Positions 18,958 to 29,294 of a stretch of 64,000 bases of DNA are shown piece by piece. How positions within the stretch are numbered: position 1 is the stretch's first letter; every line of letters starts with the position of its first letter. The position numbers and the translations under genes were made by a program. Source of the stretch: Alphaproteobacteria bacterium (GTDB taxonomy: Bacteria > Pseudomonadota > Alphaproteobacteria > SP197); assembly GCA_964291415.2 (NCBI GenBank), contig OZ219918.1, forward strand, positions 192,001 to 256,000. Direction: 5' to 3'. A model generated the notes under the pieces. The model did no database searches, was not told the origin of the DNA, and saw only the letters and a list, made by a program, of their open reading frames with translations.

Positions 18958-20014
18958 GGGCGCCGCCATCGACACCTCCACCTTGGAGGTCACCAACGAG
19001 ATCCTGTCGCTGATCTCTGAAATCGACGAGTTCAAGGGTGCTTGGCGGGCGCTCGGACGCATCGCGCCTGATCGGTTGACCAACCTCAAGCGTGTCGCCA
19101 CCATCGAGAGCATCGGATCCTCGACACGCATCGAAGGCGCGAAATTGACCGATCGCGAGGTCGAAAAGCTGTTTTCGAATATCGAGATCAAGTCCTTTGC
19201 GACCAGAGACGAGCAGGAAGTTGCCGGTTACGCCGACGCCATGGAAATGGTCTTCTCGAACTGGGAAGCGATCGATATCACCGAGAACCACATCAAACAG
19301 CTCCATCGTGATCTGCTGAAGCACTCCGTCAAGGACGAGCACCATCGCGGGGAGTACAAGACCCTCCCCAATCACCTCGAAGCCTTCGGCCCGGATGGAG
19401 AAAACCTGGGCGTGGTGTTTCGGACGGCTTCGCCGTTCGACACGCCTCGTCTGATGGCCGAACTGGTCGATTGGATCGGCCAGAACTCAAACGCTCGAGA
19501 GATCCACCCGCTCCTGGCGATTGCCGTGTTCGTGGTCGTGTTTCTGGAAGTCCACCCCTTCCAGGACGGCAACGGGCGCTTGTCGCGTATCGTGACGACG
19601 CTCCTGCTCTTGCGGGCGGGTTACGGCTATGTGCCCTACGGCTCCCTGGAAAGCGTCATCGAGCGAACCAGGGAATCCTATTATCTGGCCTTGCGCCGGA
19701 CCCAGGGAACCATCCGCACTGACCAACCTGACTGGCAACCATGGGTTCTCTACTTTCTGAAGTCGCTGAAACAACACAAGGATCGACTGGAGCGAAAGCT
19801 CGAGCGCGAGCGGCTCATTCTGGGGGATCTACCGGAACTGTCGGTGCAGATTCTGGAACTGGCCCGCGAACACGGCCGCACAACCGTTGCCGAAGCTGCC
19901 AGGGCGACCGGCTCAAGTCGCAATACCGTCAAAGGCCACTTTCGCACGCTGACCGAGGCCGGACACCTTGAACGTCATGGCGCCGGCCGCGGCACGTGGT
20001 ACTCCCTCGCATAG
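18956..20014 (+). CDS. Fic family protein with C-terminal HTH (class II, intramolecular inhibitory helix)
   Basis: HPFQDGNGRLSR catalytic motif, SSTRIEG inhibitory motif, C-terminal wHTH; start reassigned to the ATG at 18956. Confidence 0.9.
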   Translation: MGAAIDTSTLEVTNEILSLISEIDEFKGAWRALGRIAPDRLTNLKRVATIESIGSSTRIEGAKLTDREVEKLFSNIEIKSFATRDEQEVAGYADAMEMVFSNWEAIDITENHIKQLHRDLLKHSVKDEHHRGEYKTLPNHLEAFGPDGENLGVVFRTASPFDTPRLMAELVDWIGQNSNAREIHPLLAIAVFVVVFLEVHPFQDGNGRLSRIVTTLLLLRAGYGYVPYGSLESVIERTRESYYLALRRTQGTIRTDQPDWQPWVLYFLKSLKQHKDRLERKLERERLILGDLPELSVQILELAREHGRTTVAEAARATGSSRNTVKGHFRTLTEAGHLERHGAGRGTWYSLA

Positions 20015-20036
20015 TCCCGGATCCCTCAAGTGGTGC

Positions 20037-20528
20037 TCAGGGTGTCGCCCGGTACATGTGGTAACGGCCCTGGGCGACGGCTGCGGGGAGATCGAGTGCG
20101 GTCCAGGCGGCGTTGGGGAGGGGTTGATCGCCAATGACGATGGCGCCGCCGGCGAGAAGGGGCGGCAAGGCTTCGGCGAGCCAGCTGGCGAGATCGAGGC
20201 TCGCCTGGCGATCGCCTGAGCCGATATCGGCATGGGCGAGGACGGCCGCCGGTCCGAGACGTTGCGCGGCAAGGGGAAGTGTCTCCGCAAGGTCGCCCAG
20301 AAACATGTGGCCGTCGTCGGGAACGCAGTCCGGATGGGCGGCGATCCGGCGGTCGAAACAGTAGATCTCCCGCTCCGGAAGGAGACAGCGCAGGTGGTCG
20401 TAGGTGCGGCCGTTGCCGAGCCCGATTTCAAGGATGTGACCGGGCCGTCCGGCGACGAGGCGGGCGGCCTCGTCGAGGCACAGACGCTGGGCCTGGAGGC
20501 GGCGGATGGCGCTGTCGAGCCGGCTCAC
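20037..20528 (-). CDS. Class I SAM-dependent methyltransferase (Methyltransf_17-like)
   Basis: MSRLDSAIRRLQAQR, LEIGLGNGRTYDHLR, HADIGSG. Confidence 0.8.
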   Translation of the reverse strand: MSRLDSAIRRLQAQRLCLDEAARLVAGRPGHILEIGLGNGRTYDHLRCLLPEREIYCFDRRIAAHPDCVPDDGHMFLGDLAETLPLAAQRLGPAAVLAHADIGSGDRQASLDLASWLAEALPPLLAGGAIVIGDQPLPNAAWTALDLPAAVAQGRYHMYRATP

Positions 20529-20532
20529 CCTT

Positions 20533-20991
20533 CTAGGTGCCGGCCCGGGTGGCCATGGCGTCGCGCAGCATGGTCGTCGTCTTCTCCACCCGGCGGGCGA
20601 GTTCGCGCATGATCTCGATCGAGATCGACGGGAACTGGTTGATCAGCTGGAAGAAGAGCTCCTTGGAGATCATCAGCGTTTCCACCTTCGTCACGGCCTT
20701 CACCGTTGCCGTCCGCGGCACGTCGCACAGGATCGCGTTCTCGCCCAGGAGATCGTTGGGGCCCAGCGTCGCCACCTTCACGGGCCCGGACTCCGATTCG
20801 ACGAGGACATCGGCGTCGCCGGTGATGATGATGTAGGCGGCATCGCCCTCGTCACCCTGGCGGCACAGCAGATCCCCCGGGGCGAACGTCAGGCGCTGCG
20901 CCGTGAAGGCAAGGAGCTTGAGCCGACTCGGCTCGATCCTCGAGAAGAGCGGGATGGTGCGCAACAGGTCGACTTCCTCTTGCAGACTCAT
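20533..20991 (-). CDS. Stand-alone cyclic nucleotide-binding domain protein (no HTH)
   Basis: LRTIPLFS, RQGDEGD, phosphate-binding cassette GENAILCDVPRTATV. Confidence 0.88.
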   Translation of the reverse strand: MSLQEEVDLLRTIPLFSRIEPSRLKLLAFTAQRLTFAPGDLLCRQGDEGDAAYIIITGDADVLVESESGPVKVATLGPNDLLGENAILCDVPRTATVKAVTKVETLMISKELFFQLINQFPSISIEIMRELARRVEKTTTMLRDAMATRAGT

Positions 20992-21010
20992 CAGTCATGT
21001 CCTCCTCATG

Positions 21011-23689
21011 TCATTCATGTGCTACCAGACCGGCGAGAACCGAGTTGTCGCGTTCCATGAGCTCCCCGAAGGTACCCCTTTCGGCCAGCTTGCCGAACTT
21101 CATGACGAGAACCTGGTCGAACCGGGACGCATCGCTCGGCCTGTGGACCACCCAGATCAGGGTCCTGGCGCGAAACTCCTCGCGAAGATTGTTCATGACT
21201 GTGGCCTGGGAGGCTCCGTCGAGCACGGCTGTCGCTTCCGACAGGACCATGATGGCCGGGTGCTTGAGGACGGCCCGGGCGATGGCCGCTTTCTGCCGTT
21301 GTGCCGGCGTGAGCCGGGCGCCGCCGATACCGACCTCTGTCTCAAGACCGAGTTCGATCACCAGCGGGCGAAGTTCAAGGTCGCCGATGACGTCGGCCAT
21401 GAGGTTTCCCACCTTCGTCTGGGACCCGGCCACACCCCAGGCGACCTTGCCGAAGAGGATGTTGTCCTGGAGTGACAGCGCGGGATTGTACTCTGCCCGG
21501 TCGAAGAACGAGATGGCGCCCTTCAGGTCTTCGGGCAGGCCCCTGGCAAAGGCGTGACGAACCTCGAGAAGCCGCACCTGCATGGCGTCATCGATCAGTC
21601 CGAGACGATGGCGTGCGGGGGCGAGACGGAAAGGAAGCGAGAGGAACTGCAGGCGTTCCTCGTCATCGAGGCCCTGTTCCCCGCTGCGCTCCACCTTTGC
21701 GAGCAGTGCGCGGTATCCGGGAAGATCGTCCGGAGAAATGAAGGAGAACTGGGGGAAGAACTCGTGGTCCGCCGGCAGGTCGGCAAAGAGCTCGACCATG
21801 GTACGGGCCACCTCGCAGCCCATGGTCAGGAATTCATCCGTCAGCCCGGCATCGGCGAGGAGGGACATGACGTGTTCGTTTTCCGGCAGGCGATCAAGGT
21901 CGAAGGTGTCGCCGACGGGGGTGCCAAAGAGCAGGTTCTCGCCGACCGTCGCATTGGTGTTGTAGGTGTCACGATCGAAGGGCTCGACCAGTCCGGCAAG
22001 AGTGTCGGACGCGAAGCGCTCCTCGAGAATACGCCGTGCCTCGAGAAGCCTTTCCGCCTCCCGGGGGCTCGTTGCGGGATCAAGCTGGCGCCTCAATCCC
22101 ATGCGGTAGACGTCATCCTCGAAATCGGCGACCGCCAGGGCGTGACGCACCGCATCGCCCAGGCCGGACCTCGTGTCCACACCCGCCAGGCCAAGGTTGA
22201 CCCAGTCGTCCTCGACGTCATCAGGACTGTTGGCCGTCAACTGGCGCTCCCGCGCCTGACGGGCCACCACACCTTCCATCGCTTGCGGGACACTCCGGGG
22301 CGTTTGCGGGGTCTGGCGCAGCCCGTAGAGGAGATTGTCGAGGAGCGATGCGGAGAAGAGTGACGTCGCGGGTCCGACATAGCCGATCCGCCGTCCCAGA
22401 GTGATCTCCGGAAGATCACCGGCGTCTTCAGCGCCGTAGGCGAGACGGCCCTGGCTGGTGTCGATGAGGCGGGCCATCAGTGCCGCGATCCTGTCCCGTC
22501 CGCTCACCGCATCGCCGGTGATAGCGACGTGACTGCCGAGCGGAATGTCGAGATTGAGACCATCGATGAGGGTGTCATCGTCCTCGACGTACTTCACGTT
22601 GGTTGCCGCCAGACTCCCCGCAAACGGCGTGATCTCGCGGTCGTCGAAGACGACGGCGTCGCTTCTCATGCCGGCCGGCGCAAACTGGGTGACCACCTGG
22701 TCGTACTTGATCCTGGCGTCCTCGCGGATCTGGTAGTGATTGAGCAGTTCCTTCCAGGGAGGCGGCAGGTCCTTGTAGGCGGCCAGGACGGCAACCAGGC
22801 CACCAAGGGTGAGCGAGCCGTCGATCACGAACCAGCCGCCGATGGCGTAGAAGAAGAATGGCGTGATCTGCGCCAGGAAGTTGTTCAGGAACTTGATGAA
22901 GAACTTCTTGCGGTAGATCTGGTAGCGGATGTCGAAGATCCGTCCCATGCGCGCGGTAAACTCGGCCGCCTCCCAGCGCGCCATGCCGCTGGCGTGCAGC
23001 TCCTCGACTCCCTGAACGGTTTCCGAGATGCGCTCCGAGACCTTGCGCACTTCCTGGACGCGCTCCTTGGCAAGGAGATTCACCTGGCGCTGGAGTTTCG
23101 GAATGATCCAGCCCTGCATGGGGTAGAGCGCCACCGAGGCGAGGCCCATCAGGGGGTCCTGCATGAAGATGAAGAAGAGAGCGGTGACGAGGAGGCCACC
23201 CTGGTACATCGGCAGGGCAAGCGCATCGCCGATGAAGCCGCCGAGAGGCTCGACTTCCTGTGTCACCATGGGGATCAGTTCGCCGGAACTCACGCGGCGG
23301 AAGTGAGGAGAGGGAAAGCGCAGGATTCGGCTGTAGAGCTGGTAGCGCAGCCGCCGCAGCATGCGCTCCCCCAGAAGGCCCTTGTAGACATTGATGACGT
23401 ACTTGAAGCCGCCGTTGGCGAGCACAAGGGCCAGGAAGAGACCGCAGTAGAGGGCCAGCAGCGCCAGGCGTTCCATCTCGCCCAGGGGAATGCCGAGGAT
23501 GACGACAGGGCGAAGATCCGCCGAACCGGAAGAAAGGGAGTCCGGGTCCGCCAGCACGTGGTTGACGATGAGCTTGGGAATGTCGAGGGAGGCGTAATAG
23601 AACGGCAGGGAGAACAGCGTAAAGAGCAGGATGAATATCTGCTCCTTGCGCGAGTACCGGAAGATGAACTTGTAGACTGTGGATTCCAT
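21011..23689 (-). CDS. Fused ABC exporter (TMD + split, degenerate NBD)
   Basis: N-terminal ABC membrane domain (GERMLRRLR); NBD with a long insertion; degenerate motifs GDAVSGRD, LTPAQRQK, IMVLSEAT. Confidence 0.8.
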   Translation of the reverse strand: MESTVYKFIFRYSRKEQIFILLFTLFSLPFYYASLDIPKLIVNHVLADPDSLSSGSADLRPVVILGIPLGEMERLALLALYCGLFLALVLANGGFKYVINVYKGLLGERMLRRLRYQLYSRILRFPSPHFRRVSSGELIPMVTQEVEPLGGFIGDALALPMYQGGLLVTALFFIFMQDPLMGLASVALYPMQGWIIPKLQRQVNLLAKERVQEVRKVSERISETVQGVEELHASGMARWEAAEFTARMGRIFDIRYQIYRKKFFIKFLNNFLAQITPFFFYAIGGWFVIDGSLTLGGLVAVLAAYKDLPPPWKELLNHYQIREDARIKYDQVVTQFAPAGMRSDAVVFDDREITPFAGSLAATNVKYVEDDDTLIDGLNLDIPLGSHVAITGDAVSGRDRIAALMARLIDTSQGRLAYGAEDAGDLPEITLGRRIGYVGPATSLFSASLLDNLLYGLRQTPQTPRSVPQAMEGVVARQARERQLTANSPDDVEDDWVNLGLAGVDTRSGLGDAVRHALAVADFEDDVYRMGLRRQLDPATSPREAERLLEARRILEERFASDTLAGLVEPFDRDTYNTNATVGENLLFGTPVGDTFDLDRLPENEHVMSLLADAGLTDEFLTMGCEVARTMVELFADLPADHEFFPQFSFISPDDLPGYRALLAKVERSGEQGLDDEERLQFLSLPFRLAPARHRLGLIDDAMQVRLLEVRHAFARGLPEDLKGAISFFDRAEYNPALSLQDNILFGKVAWGVAGSQTKVGNLMADVIGDLELRPLVIELGLETEVGIGGARLTPAQRQKAAIARAVLKHPAIMVLSEATAVLDGASQATVMNNLREEFRARTLIWVVHRPSDASRFDQVLVMKFGKLAERGTFGELMERDNSVLAGLVAHE

Positions 23690-23838
23690 GGTCCCGGCCG
23701 GCGATCCGTACCCGGGGATTCTAGGTTCGCATGGCGTCGGATCAAGGCTCTGCGAGTGTGCAGGCATTCAGCCGGTGACGACAGGACGGCGAGTGTGGCA
23801 GGATGCGCGCCGTTTTTTGGCAACACTTGGGTTGTCTC

Positions 23839-25062
23839 ATGAGCAAGGTGCCGGGGCGCCCGCGCGTCCTGATCTACAGTCATGACAGTTTCGGACTGGG
23901 GCATTTGCGCCGGTGCCGGGCCATCGCCCATGCCATGGTGGGAGCCGTCGACAACCTGGCCGTCCTCATCCTCTCGGGCCTTCCCATCATCGGCAGTTTC
24001 GATTTCCGTGCCCGGGTGGACTTCGTGCGCGTTCCTGGCGTCATCAAGCTGCGCAACGGGGAGTACTCGCCGCTCAATCCGATGCTCGGCATCGAGCAGA
24101 CCATGGCGTTGCGCTCTTCCATCATGCGGCACACCGCCGACATCTTCGATCCCGACATCTTCCTTGTCGACAAGGAGCCCCTCGGATTGCGGGGCGAGGT
24201 CCGCGAGACGATCGACATGCTCAAGGAGCGCGGCACCAGGATCATCCTCGGTCTGCGTGACGTCATGGATGACCCCGAACTCCTCAAGCCGGAATGGGAA
24301 CGCAAGAACGCCGTGCCGGCCCTGAGCGCTCTCTACGACGAGATCTGGGTCTATGGACTGCCCCAGATCCATGACCCGCTTGCCGAGATCGAATTGCCGG
24401 ACTCGGTGCGCCGCAAGGTGGTCTACACCGGATATCTCAGGCGCACGGTGCCCGAGCTGAGTCCGGAGGCGGCGCTGCCGGCATCCATCGAAGAGCCCTT
24501 TGTGCTCGTCACCACCGGTGGCGGAGGTGATGGCGATCTCCTGGTCGATCGGGTGCTGGCGGCCTATGAAAGCGCCATGGCGCCCGAACTGCCGGCTCTG
24601 GTCGTGTTCGGGCCATTCATGCAGCCCGAGGTCAAGACCGACTTTCAGACCCGAATCGACCGCCTTGAACGGGTATCGGCCATCACCTTCGAAACCCACC
24701 TCGAGTCGCTGATGGCGCGGGCGGCGGGGGTGGTGGCCATGGGGGGCTACAACACGTTCTGCGAGATCCTGTCGTTCGACAAGCCGGCGCTCATCGTCCC
24801 GAGACAGGCGCCGCGCCGCGAGCAGATCATCCGGGCCAGTCGCGCCCGCGAACTCGGTCTCGTCTCCATGCTGACCGAGGAGGCGGCCGCCCGGGCCGAT
24901 GCGATGGCGACGGCGATTCGCCAGCTTCCGCAACAGCGCCGTCCCGCCCAGGTCGTGGTCCCGGGACTCCTCGACGGCCTGGAGAATGTCAACCGGCTGG
25001 TCGGGATGCACCTCGCCGAAAACCGAGGGCACCGCCACCACGCTTTGCGCCAGCAGGGTTGA
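23839..25062 (+). CDS. Predicted GT-B glycosyltransferase (COG4671-like, GT28 C-terminal domain)
   Basis: YSHDSFGLGHLRR, LGLRDV, TTGGGGDG, MGGYNTFCE, EQIIRA. Confidence 0.85.
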   Translation: MSKVPGRPRVLIYSHDSFGLGHLRRCRAIAHAMVGAVDNLAVLILSGLPIIGSFDFRARVDFVRVPGVIKLRNGEYSPLNPMLGIEQTMALRSSIMRHTADIFDPDIFLVDKEPLGLRGEVRETIDMLKERGTRIILGLRDVMDDPELLKPEWERKNAVPALSALYDEIWVYGLPQIHDPLAEIELPDSVRRKVVYTGYLRRTVPELSPEAALPASIEEPFVLVTTGGGGDGDLLVDRVLAAYESAMAPELPALVVFGPFMQPEVKTDFQTRIDRLERVSAITFETHLESLMARAAGVVAMGGYNTFCEILSFDKPALIVPRQAPRREQIIRASRARELGLVSMLTEEAAARADAMATAIRQLPQQRRPAQVVVPGLLDGLENVNRLVGMHLAENRGHRHHALRQQG

Positions 25063-25065
25063 CCG

Positions 25066-26283
25066 TCAGCTGGCGGCGCGGCGGTGGACGAGAGCACTTC
25101 GTGCGAGCCACAGCGCCGGTATGAGGAAGAGCGGTATCGACGTGAGGATGAATGTCGACCAGCCCAGGGTCACGGTCAACGCGCCCGAGGCAAAGGACGC
25201 CACGGCAGCGGCGAGAGCGATGAGAGTCTCGTTCAATCCCTGGACCCGGGACTGATCCTCGGGCCGGACATGCTCGGCGAGCAGGCTTGTCGATCCGATG
25301 AAGCCGAAGTTCCAGCCGACCCCGAGCAGGATGAGGGCAAGATAGAAATTCTCCAGCGCCACACCCGACCACGCGGCCAGGGCCGCCGCCGCCAGCAGGG
25401 CAAGACCGATGGCAATGACACGGCGCGATCCCCAGCGCGCGATCAGCGATCCGGTGAAGAAGCTCGGGCCGAACATGGCGACGACGTGCCAGCGCACCAC
25501 GTCGGCGGACTGATCGGTCGACAGCCCGCAGTCAGCCATCGCGAGGGTGGTGGGCGTCATCACGAACACCATCATGGCGTGGGCGGCGGCGGCGCAGATG
25601 ATGGCGGTCAACACCGGCGGGCTGCCAAGGATCCGGCCCAGCGGCCGGGCCGTTGTCCGTGAACGCGGCGGGGGTTTCGCAAGATCGAGAAAGGCGACCG
25701 GAAGACACCCGACAAGACAGATGATCACGATGGCCGCGTAGGCGCCGGCGAAGGGCACGGGGAAGAAGTGATCGCGGGTGTGGATCAGGATTTCCGGGCC
25801 GAGCAGCGCGGCAATCAGACCCGCGCCGGTGATGATGGCGATCGCCCTGGGTTTCCAGGGCCCGTGAACGGCATCGGCGGCGGCGAAGCGGAAGTACCAC
25901 AGACTGCTCTGCATGGCGCCAAAGCACACGTGGGCGAGGCAGAGATAGATGAAATCCCGTTCGAAGAGCGCCACCGCCCCCAGCCAGCCTCCGGCCATGG
26001 CGCACCCCGCACCGCCCAGAAACCCCACGCGGCGCCCGAATCGCCCCATGATCAGGGAAATGGGGGTGGCCGTGACCATGGCGCTCAGCATCTGCAGGGA
26101 AATGGCGACGGTGGCGAGGCTGGGCACCGGCGCCACGTAGGCTCCGGCAAGTCCCCCCATGATGATGAGCATGGGCATCTGGGCGCCAAGCACGGCATTG
26201 CCCGCGAACAGCAAGACAAGATTGCGTACTATGGTGCGCCGTCCGGGGGTTTCCCCGGGTGACGACAGGGAAGGGCTGTTCAT
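25066..26283 (-). CDS. MFS transporter
   Basis: About 12 TM segments, MGRFGRRVGF loop motif, FRFAAAD, WHVVAMFGPSF, GWNFGF. Confidence 0.88.
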   Translation of the reverse strand: MNSPSLSSPGETPGRRTIVRNLVLLFAGNAVLGAQMPMLIIMGGLAGAYVAPVPSLATVAISLQMLSAMVTATPISLIMGRFGRRVGFLGGAGCAMAGGWLGAVALFERDFIYLCLAHVCFGAMQSSLWYFRFAAADAVHGPWKPRAIAIITGAGLIAALLGPEILIHTRDHFFPVPFAGAYAAIVIICLVGCLPVAFLDLAKPPPRSRTTARPLGRILGSPPVLTAIICAAAAHAMMVFVMTPTTLAMADCGLSTDQSADVVRWHVVAMFGPSFFTGSLIARWGSRRVIAIGLALLAAAALAAWSGVALENFYLALILLGVGWNFGFIGSTSLLAEHVRPEDQSRVQGLNETLIALAAAVASFASGALTVTLGWSTFILTSIPLFLIPALWLARSALVHRRAAS

Positions 26284-26374
26284 GACGGACGTGTCCAGAT
26301 GTCCGATGTCCGCAAGAGACTACTTCGCCGGCGCCGCGCCCGATACCGGCGCTCCCGCTGGATGTTGCTGACTC

Positions 26375-27613
26375 GTGCCCGGCAACGTTGCCTTCGTGGT
26401 GAAGGGCTGGCCCCGACTCTCCGAGACCTTCATCGCCCAGGAGATCCTGGCCCTGGAGCAGCGCGGACTCGACATCCGGATCGTCTCCCTGCGCCATCCA
26501 TCGACAGAGAAACGCCACGCAATCCACGATGCCGTGCGGGCGCCGGTCACCTGGTTGCCGGAATATCTTCACGAGGAACCGGTGCGGACGTGGAAGGCCT
26601 GGAGGCGGGCCCGGAAACTGCCCGGCTACGCCCTTGCGAGACGGCACTGGTTGGCCGATCTGTGGCGGGACCCGACCCGCAACCGGGTGCGGCGCTTCGG
26701 CCAGGCCTGTGTCGTCGCCACGGAGATCGCACCCGCCGTGAGCCATCTCCATGCCCATTTTCTCCACACCCCGGCATCCGTGACCCGCTATGCGGCGATG
26801 ATGACCGGGCTCTCGTGGTCGGCGTCGGCCCACGCGAGGGACATCTACACCACGCCCCGCCGCGATCTTGCGGACAAGATATCCGGCTGCTCCTGGCTGG
26901 TGACCTGTACGGCGGCGAACCGCGACTGGCTCGAGTCGCTGGTCCCGGGACGACGTGTTTCACTCGCCTATCACGGGATAGATCAGGCGCGGTGGCCATC
27001 GCCGGTTCGTTCCCCGGCGATCCGCGACGGCAGCAATCCGGACGATCCCGTGCGGCTCGTCACGGTGGGACGGGCCGTCGAGAAGAAGGGGTACGGCACG
27101 CTCCTTGCCGCGCTGGCCCTGCTGCCTGACGATCTTCACTGGCGCCTCACCCATGTCGGCGAAGGTCCGCTGCTCTCCTCCCTTGTCGAAGCGGCCGCCC
27201 GGAGGGGACTGGACAAACGGATCACGTGGCTAGGCGCCAGACGACAGGACGAGGTCCTTGAAGTTCTCAGGGAAGGCGATCTCTTCGTCCTGGCGCCCCT
27301 CATCGCCCGTGACGGGGACCGTGACGGACTTCCCAACGTTCTTCTGGAGGCGCAGAGCCAGGCCCTGGCGGTGGTCATAACGGACGTCTCGGCGGTCGGC
27401 GAGCTGGTGAGCGACGGCGTCAACGGCTGCCTGGTTCCCCCGGACGATGCCCCGGCGCTGGCTGATCGGCTGTGCCACCTTGTCCGCAATCCCCAGCTGC
27501 GCGACCGCATGGGTCGCAACGGCGAGGATCGCGTGAGAACGGACTTTTCCATGGAGAGCGGCGTCGACAGGCTTGTCGATCTCTTCGCGTCGAGCGGGGT
27601 GGCATGCGAATAG
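26375..27613 (+). CDS. Glycosyltransferase family 4
   Basis: KGWPRLSETFI, HAHFLH, VGRAVEKKG, DGLPNVLLEA. Confidence 0.9.
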   Translation: MPGNVAFVVKGWPRLSETFIAQEILALEQRGLDIRIVSLRHPSTEKRHAIHDAVRAPVTWLPEYLHEEPVRTWKAWRRARKLPGYALARRHWLADLWRDPTRNRVRRFGQACVVATEIAPAVSHLHAHFLHTPASVTRYAAMMTGLSWSASAHARDIYTTPRRDLADKISGCSWLVTCTAANRDWLESLVPGRRVSLAYHGIDQARWPSPVRSPAIRDGSNPDDPVRLVTVGRAVEKKGYGTLLAALALLPDDLHWRLTHVGEGPLLSSLVEAAARRGLDKRITWLGARRQDEVLEVLREGDLFVLAPLIARDGDRDGLPNVLLEAQSQALAVVITDVSAVGELVSDGVNGCLVPPDDAPALADRLCHLVRNPQLRDRMGRNGEDRVRTDFSMESGVDRLVDLFASSGVACE

Positions 27614-28707
27614 CCTTCTATGCGCCCATGAAAGCGCCGGACCACGAACGGCCCTCGGGCGATCGAACGATGGCGCGGCAGTTCCTGCGCCTTCTGGATG
27701 AGCTCGGACACGACGTCGAAATCGCCTCGACGCTGCGCTCGTGGGAGGCGGGCGACGAGGAACGCCAGGAGGCGATCCTGGACGCGGCGGTCCGCGAAAG
27801 GGAACGCCTTCTCATGCGCTGGCAGGCCCGTCCGCCCAGGGTGTGGTTCACCTATCATCTCTACCACAAGGCGCCGGATCACCTCGGACCGGCCATCGCC
27901 GATGCCCTCGGAATTGCCTACATCGTTGCCGAACCTTCGATATCCCCCGCCCGGGCGAACGGCCGGTGGCGGCGCCCCTGGGCCCATGCCCGGGCGGCCA
28001 TCGAGCGCGCCGATGCCCTGCTGGCCATCACGCTGAAGGACGAACGGGGTCTCCTCGCCGCCGGTCTGCCGCGCCGGAAGATCGTGCGTCTGCCCCCTTT
28101 CATCGACGCTGCGGACGTGCCCATCGGGAGGAAGGAGGCGCGTCTCGCCACCGCCCGGGAATTCGGTCTCGATCGCGACCGCGTCATCGCCGTCACCGTG
28201 GCCATGATGCGCCCCGGCGACAAGCTCGAATCCTACCGGGTCCTGGCCCGGACCCTTGACGCGCTGAACCGCGACGACATGCAGTTTCTCGTCATCGGCG
28301 ACGGCCCGTCACGCGGCGAGGTCGAACGCCTCCTTGCCGGACGCGTCGTCTTCGCCGGGGTCCGCGACGAGGGGTCCATCCGCCGGATCATGGCAGGATG
28401 CGACCTCTTCGTATGGCCCGCCATCAACGAGGCCTACGGCATGGCGATCCTTCTCGCCCAGGCCTGCGGATGCCCGGTGGCCGCCGGTGATGCGCCGGGG
28501 GTCGGCGAGATCGTCAACCATGGCGATAGCGGCCTTCTGGCACCGGCAGGCGATGCGGCGGCGCTGGCGCGTGCCGTCTCCAGCCTGCTCGCCGATCCCG
28601 TCCTGCGCCGGTCCATGGGCGATGCCGGACGACGCCATGTCCTGCGGCATCACTCGAGCGATGCGGCCCGGCGCATTCTCGCCCGGGTGCTGGAGATGCG
28701 GCCGTGA
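27604..28707 (+). CDS. Glycosyltransferase family 4
   Basis: MRIAFYAPMK, PSGDR, AMMRPGDK, EAYGMAILLAQA; start reassigned to the ATG at 27604. Confidence 0.88.
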   Translation: MRIAFYAPMKAPDHERPSGDRTMARQFLRLLDELGHDVEIASTLRSWEAGDEERQEAILDAAVRERERLLMRWQARPPRVWFTYHLYHKAPDHLGPAIADALGIAYIVAEPSISPARANGRWRRPWAHARAAIERADALLAITLKDERGLLAAGLPRRKIVRLPPFIDAADVPIGRKEARLATAREFGLDRDRVIAVTVAMMRPGDKLESYRVLARTLDALNRDDMQFLVIGDGPSRGEVERLLAGRVVFAGVRDEGSIRRIMAGCDLFVWPAINEAYGMAILLAQACGCPVAAGDAPGVGEIVNHGDSGLLAPAGDAAALARAVSSLLADPVLRRSMGDAGRRHVLRHHSSDAARRILARVLEMRP

Positions 28708-29294
28708 AGTTCGCGCTTCTCAGACATGCGCCGACAACCTGGAACGAGGCGGGCAGACTCCAGGGGCTGAGCGACATACACCTCTCGAGGGTAGGCCGGG
28801 CTGCAGCCAGGACCTGGCGGCTGCCCGAAATTCTGTACGGCTGGCGGCGGCTATCGAGCCCGTTGCTGAGAGCGCTGGAAACGGCCGCGCTGACAGGTCT
28901 TCGAGATCCGGAGGTCGACCCCAGGCTGCGCGAAATGGACTGGGGAGACTGGGAAGGCCAGACACTCGACAGCCTGCGCCATGCCGATCCGTCGGCCATG
29001 GCCACCAACGAGGCAGCGGGTTTGGACTTTCGCCCCCCTGACGGCGAAAGCCCCCGGGAGGTCCGTGACCGACTCCTCGATCTTGTCCGGGATCTCGCGG
29101 CAGACGGCCGCGACACGATTGCCGTCACACACCGCGGCGTGATGCGCGCCGCCCTCTCGGCGGCCACCGGCTGGGACTTCACGGGCGCACCACCGGTCAG
29201 GATGCCGCGGTATGGACTGCTGATGCTCACCGTGGACGACAACGCGGCGCTCGTTCCCGACGATCCCCCCGTCATCGCGACGGGAGGAGCATGA
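28704..29294 (+). CDS. Histidine phosphatase (phosphoglycerate mutase) family protein
   Basis: RHAPT (RHG-like), SSPLLRA, LREMDWGDWEG, GES, VTHRG. Confidence 0.88.
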   Translation: MKFALLRHAPTTWNEAGRLQGLSDIHLSRVGRAAARTWRLPEILYGWRRLSSPLLRALETAALTGLRDPEVDPRLREMDWGDWEGQTLDSLRHADPSAMATNEAAGLDFRPPDGESPREVRDRLLDLVRDLAADGRDTIAVTHRGVMRAALSAATGWDFTGAPPVRMPRYGLLMLTVDDNAALVPDDPPVIATGGA

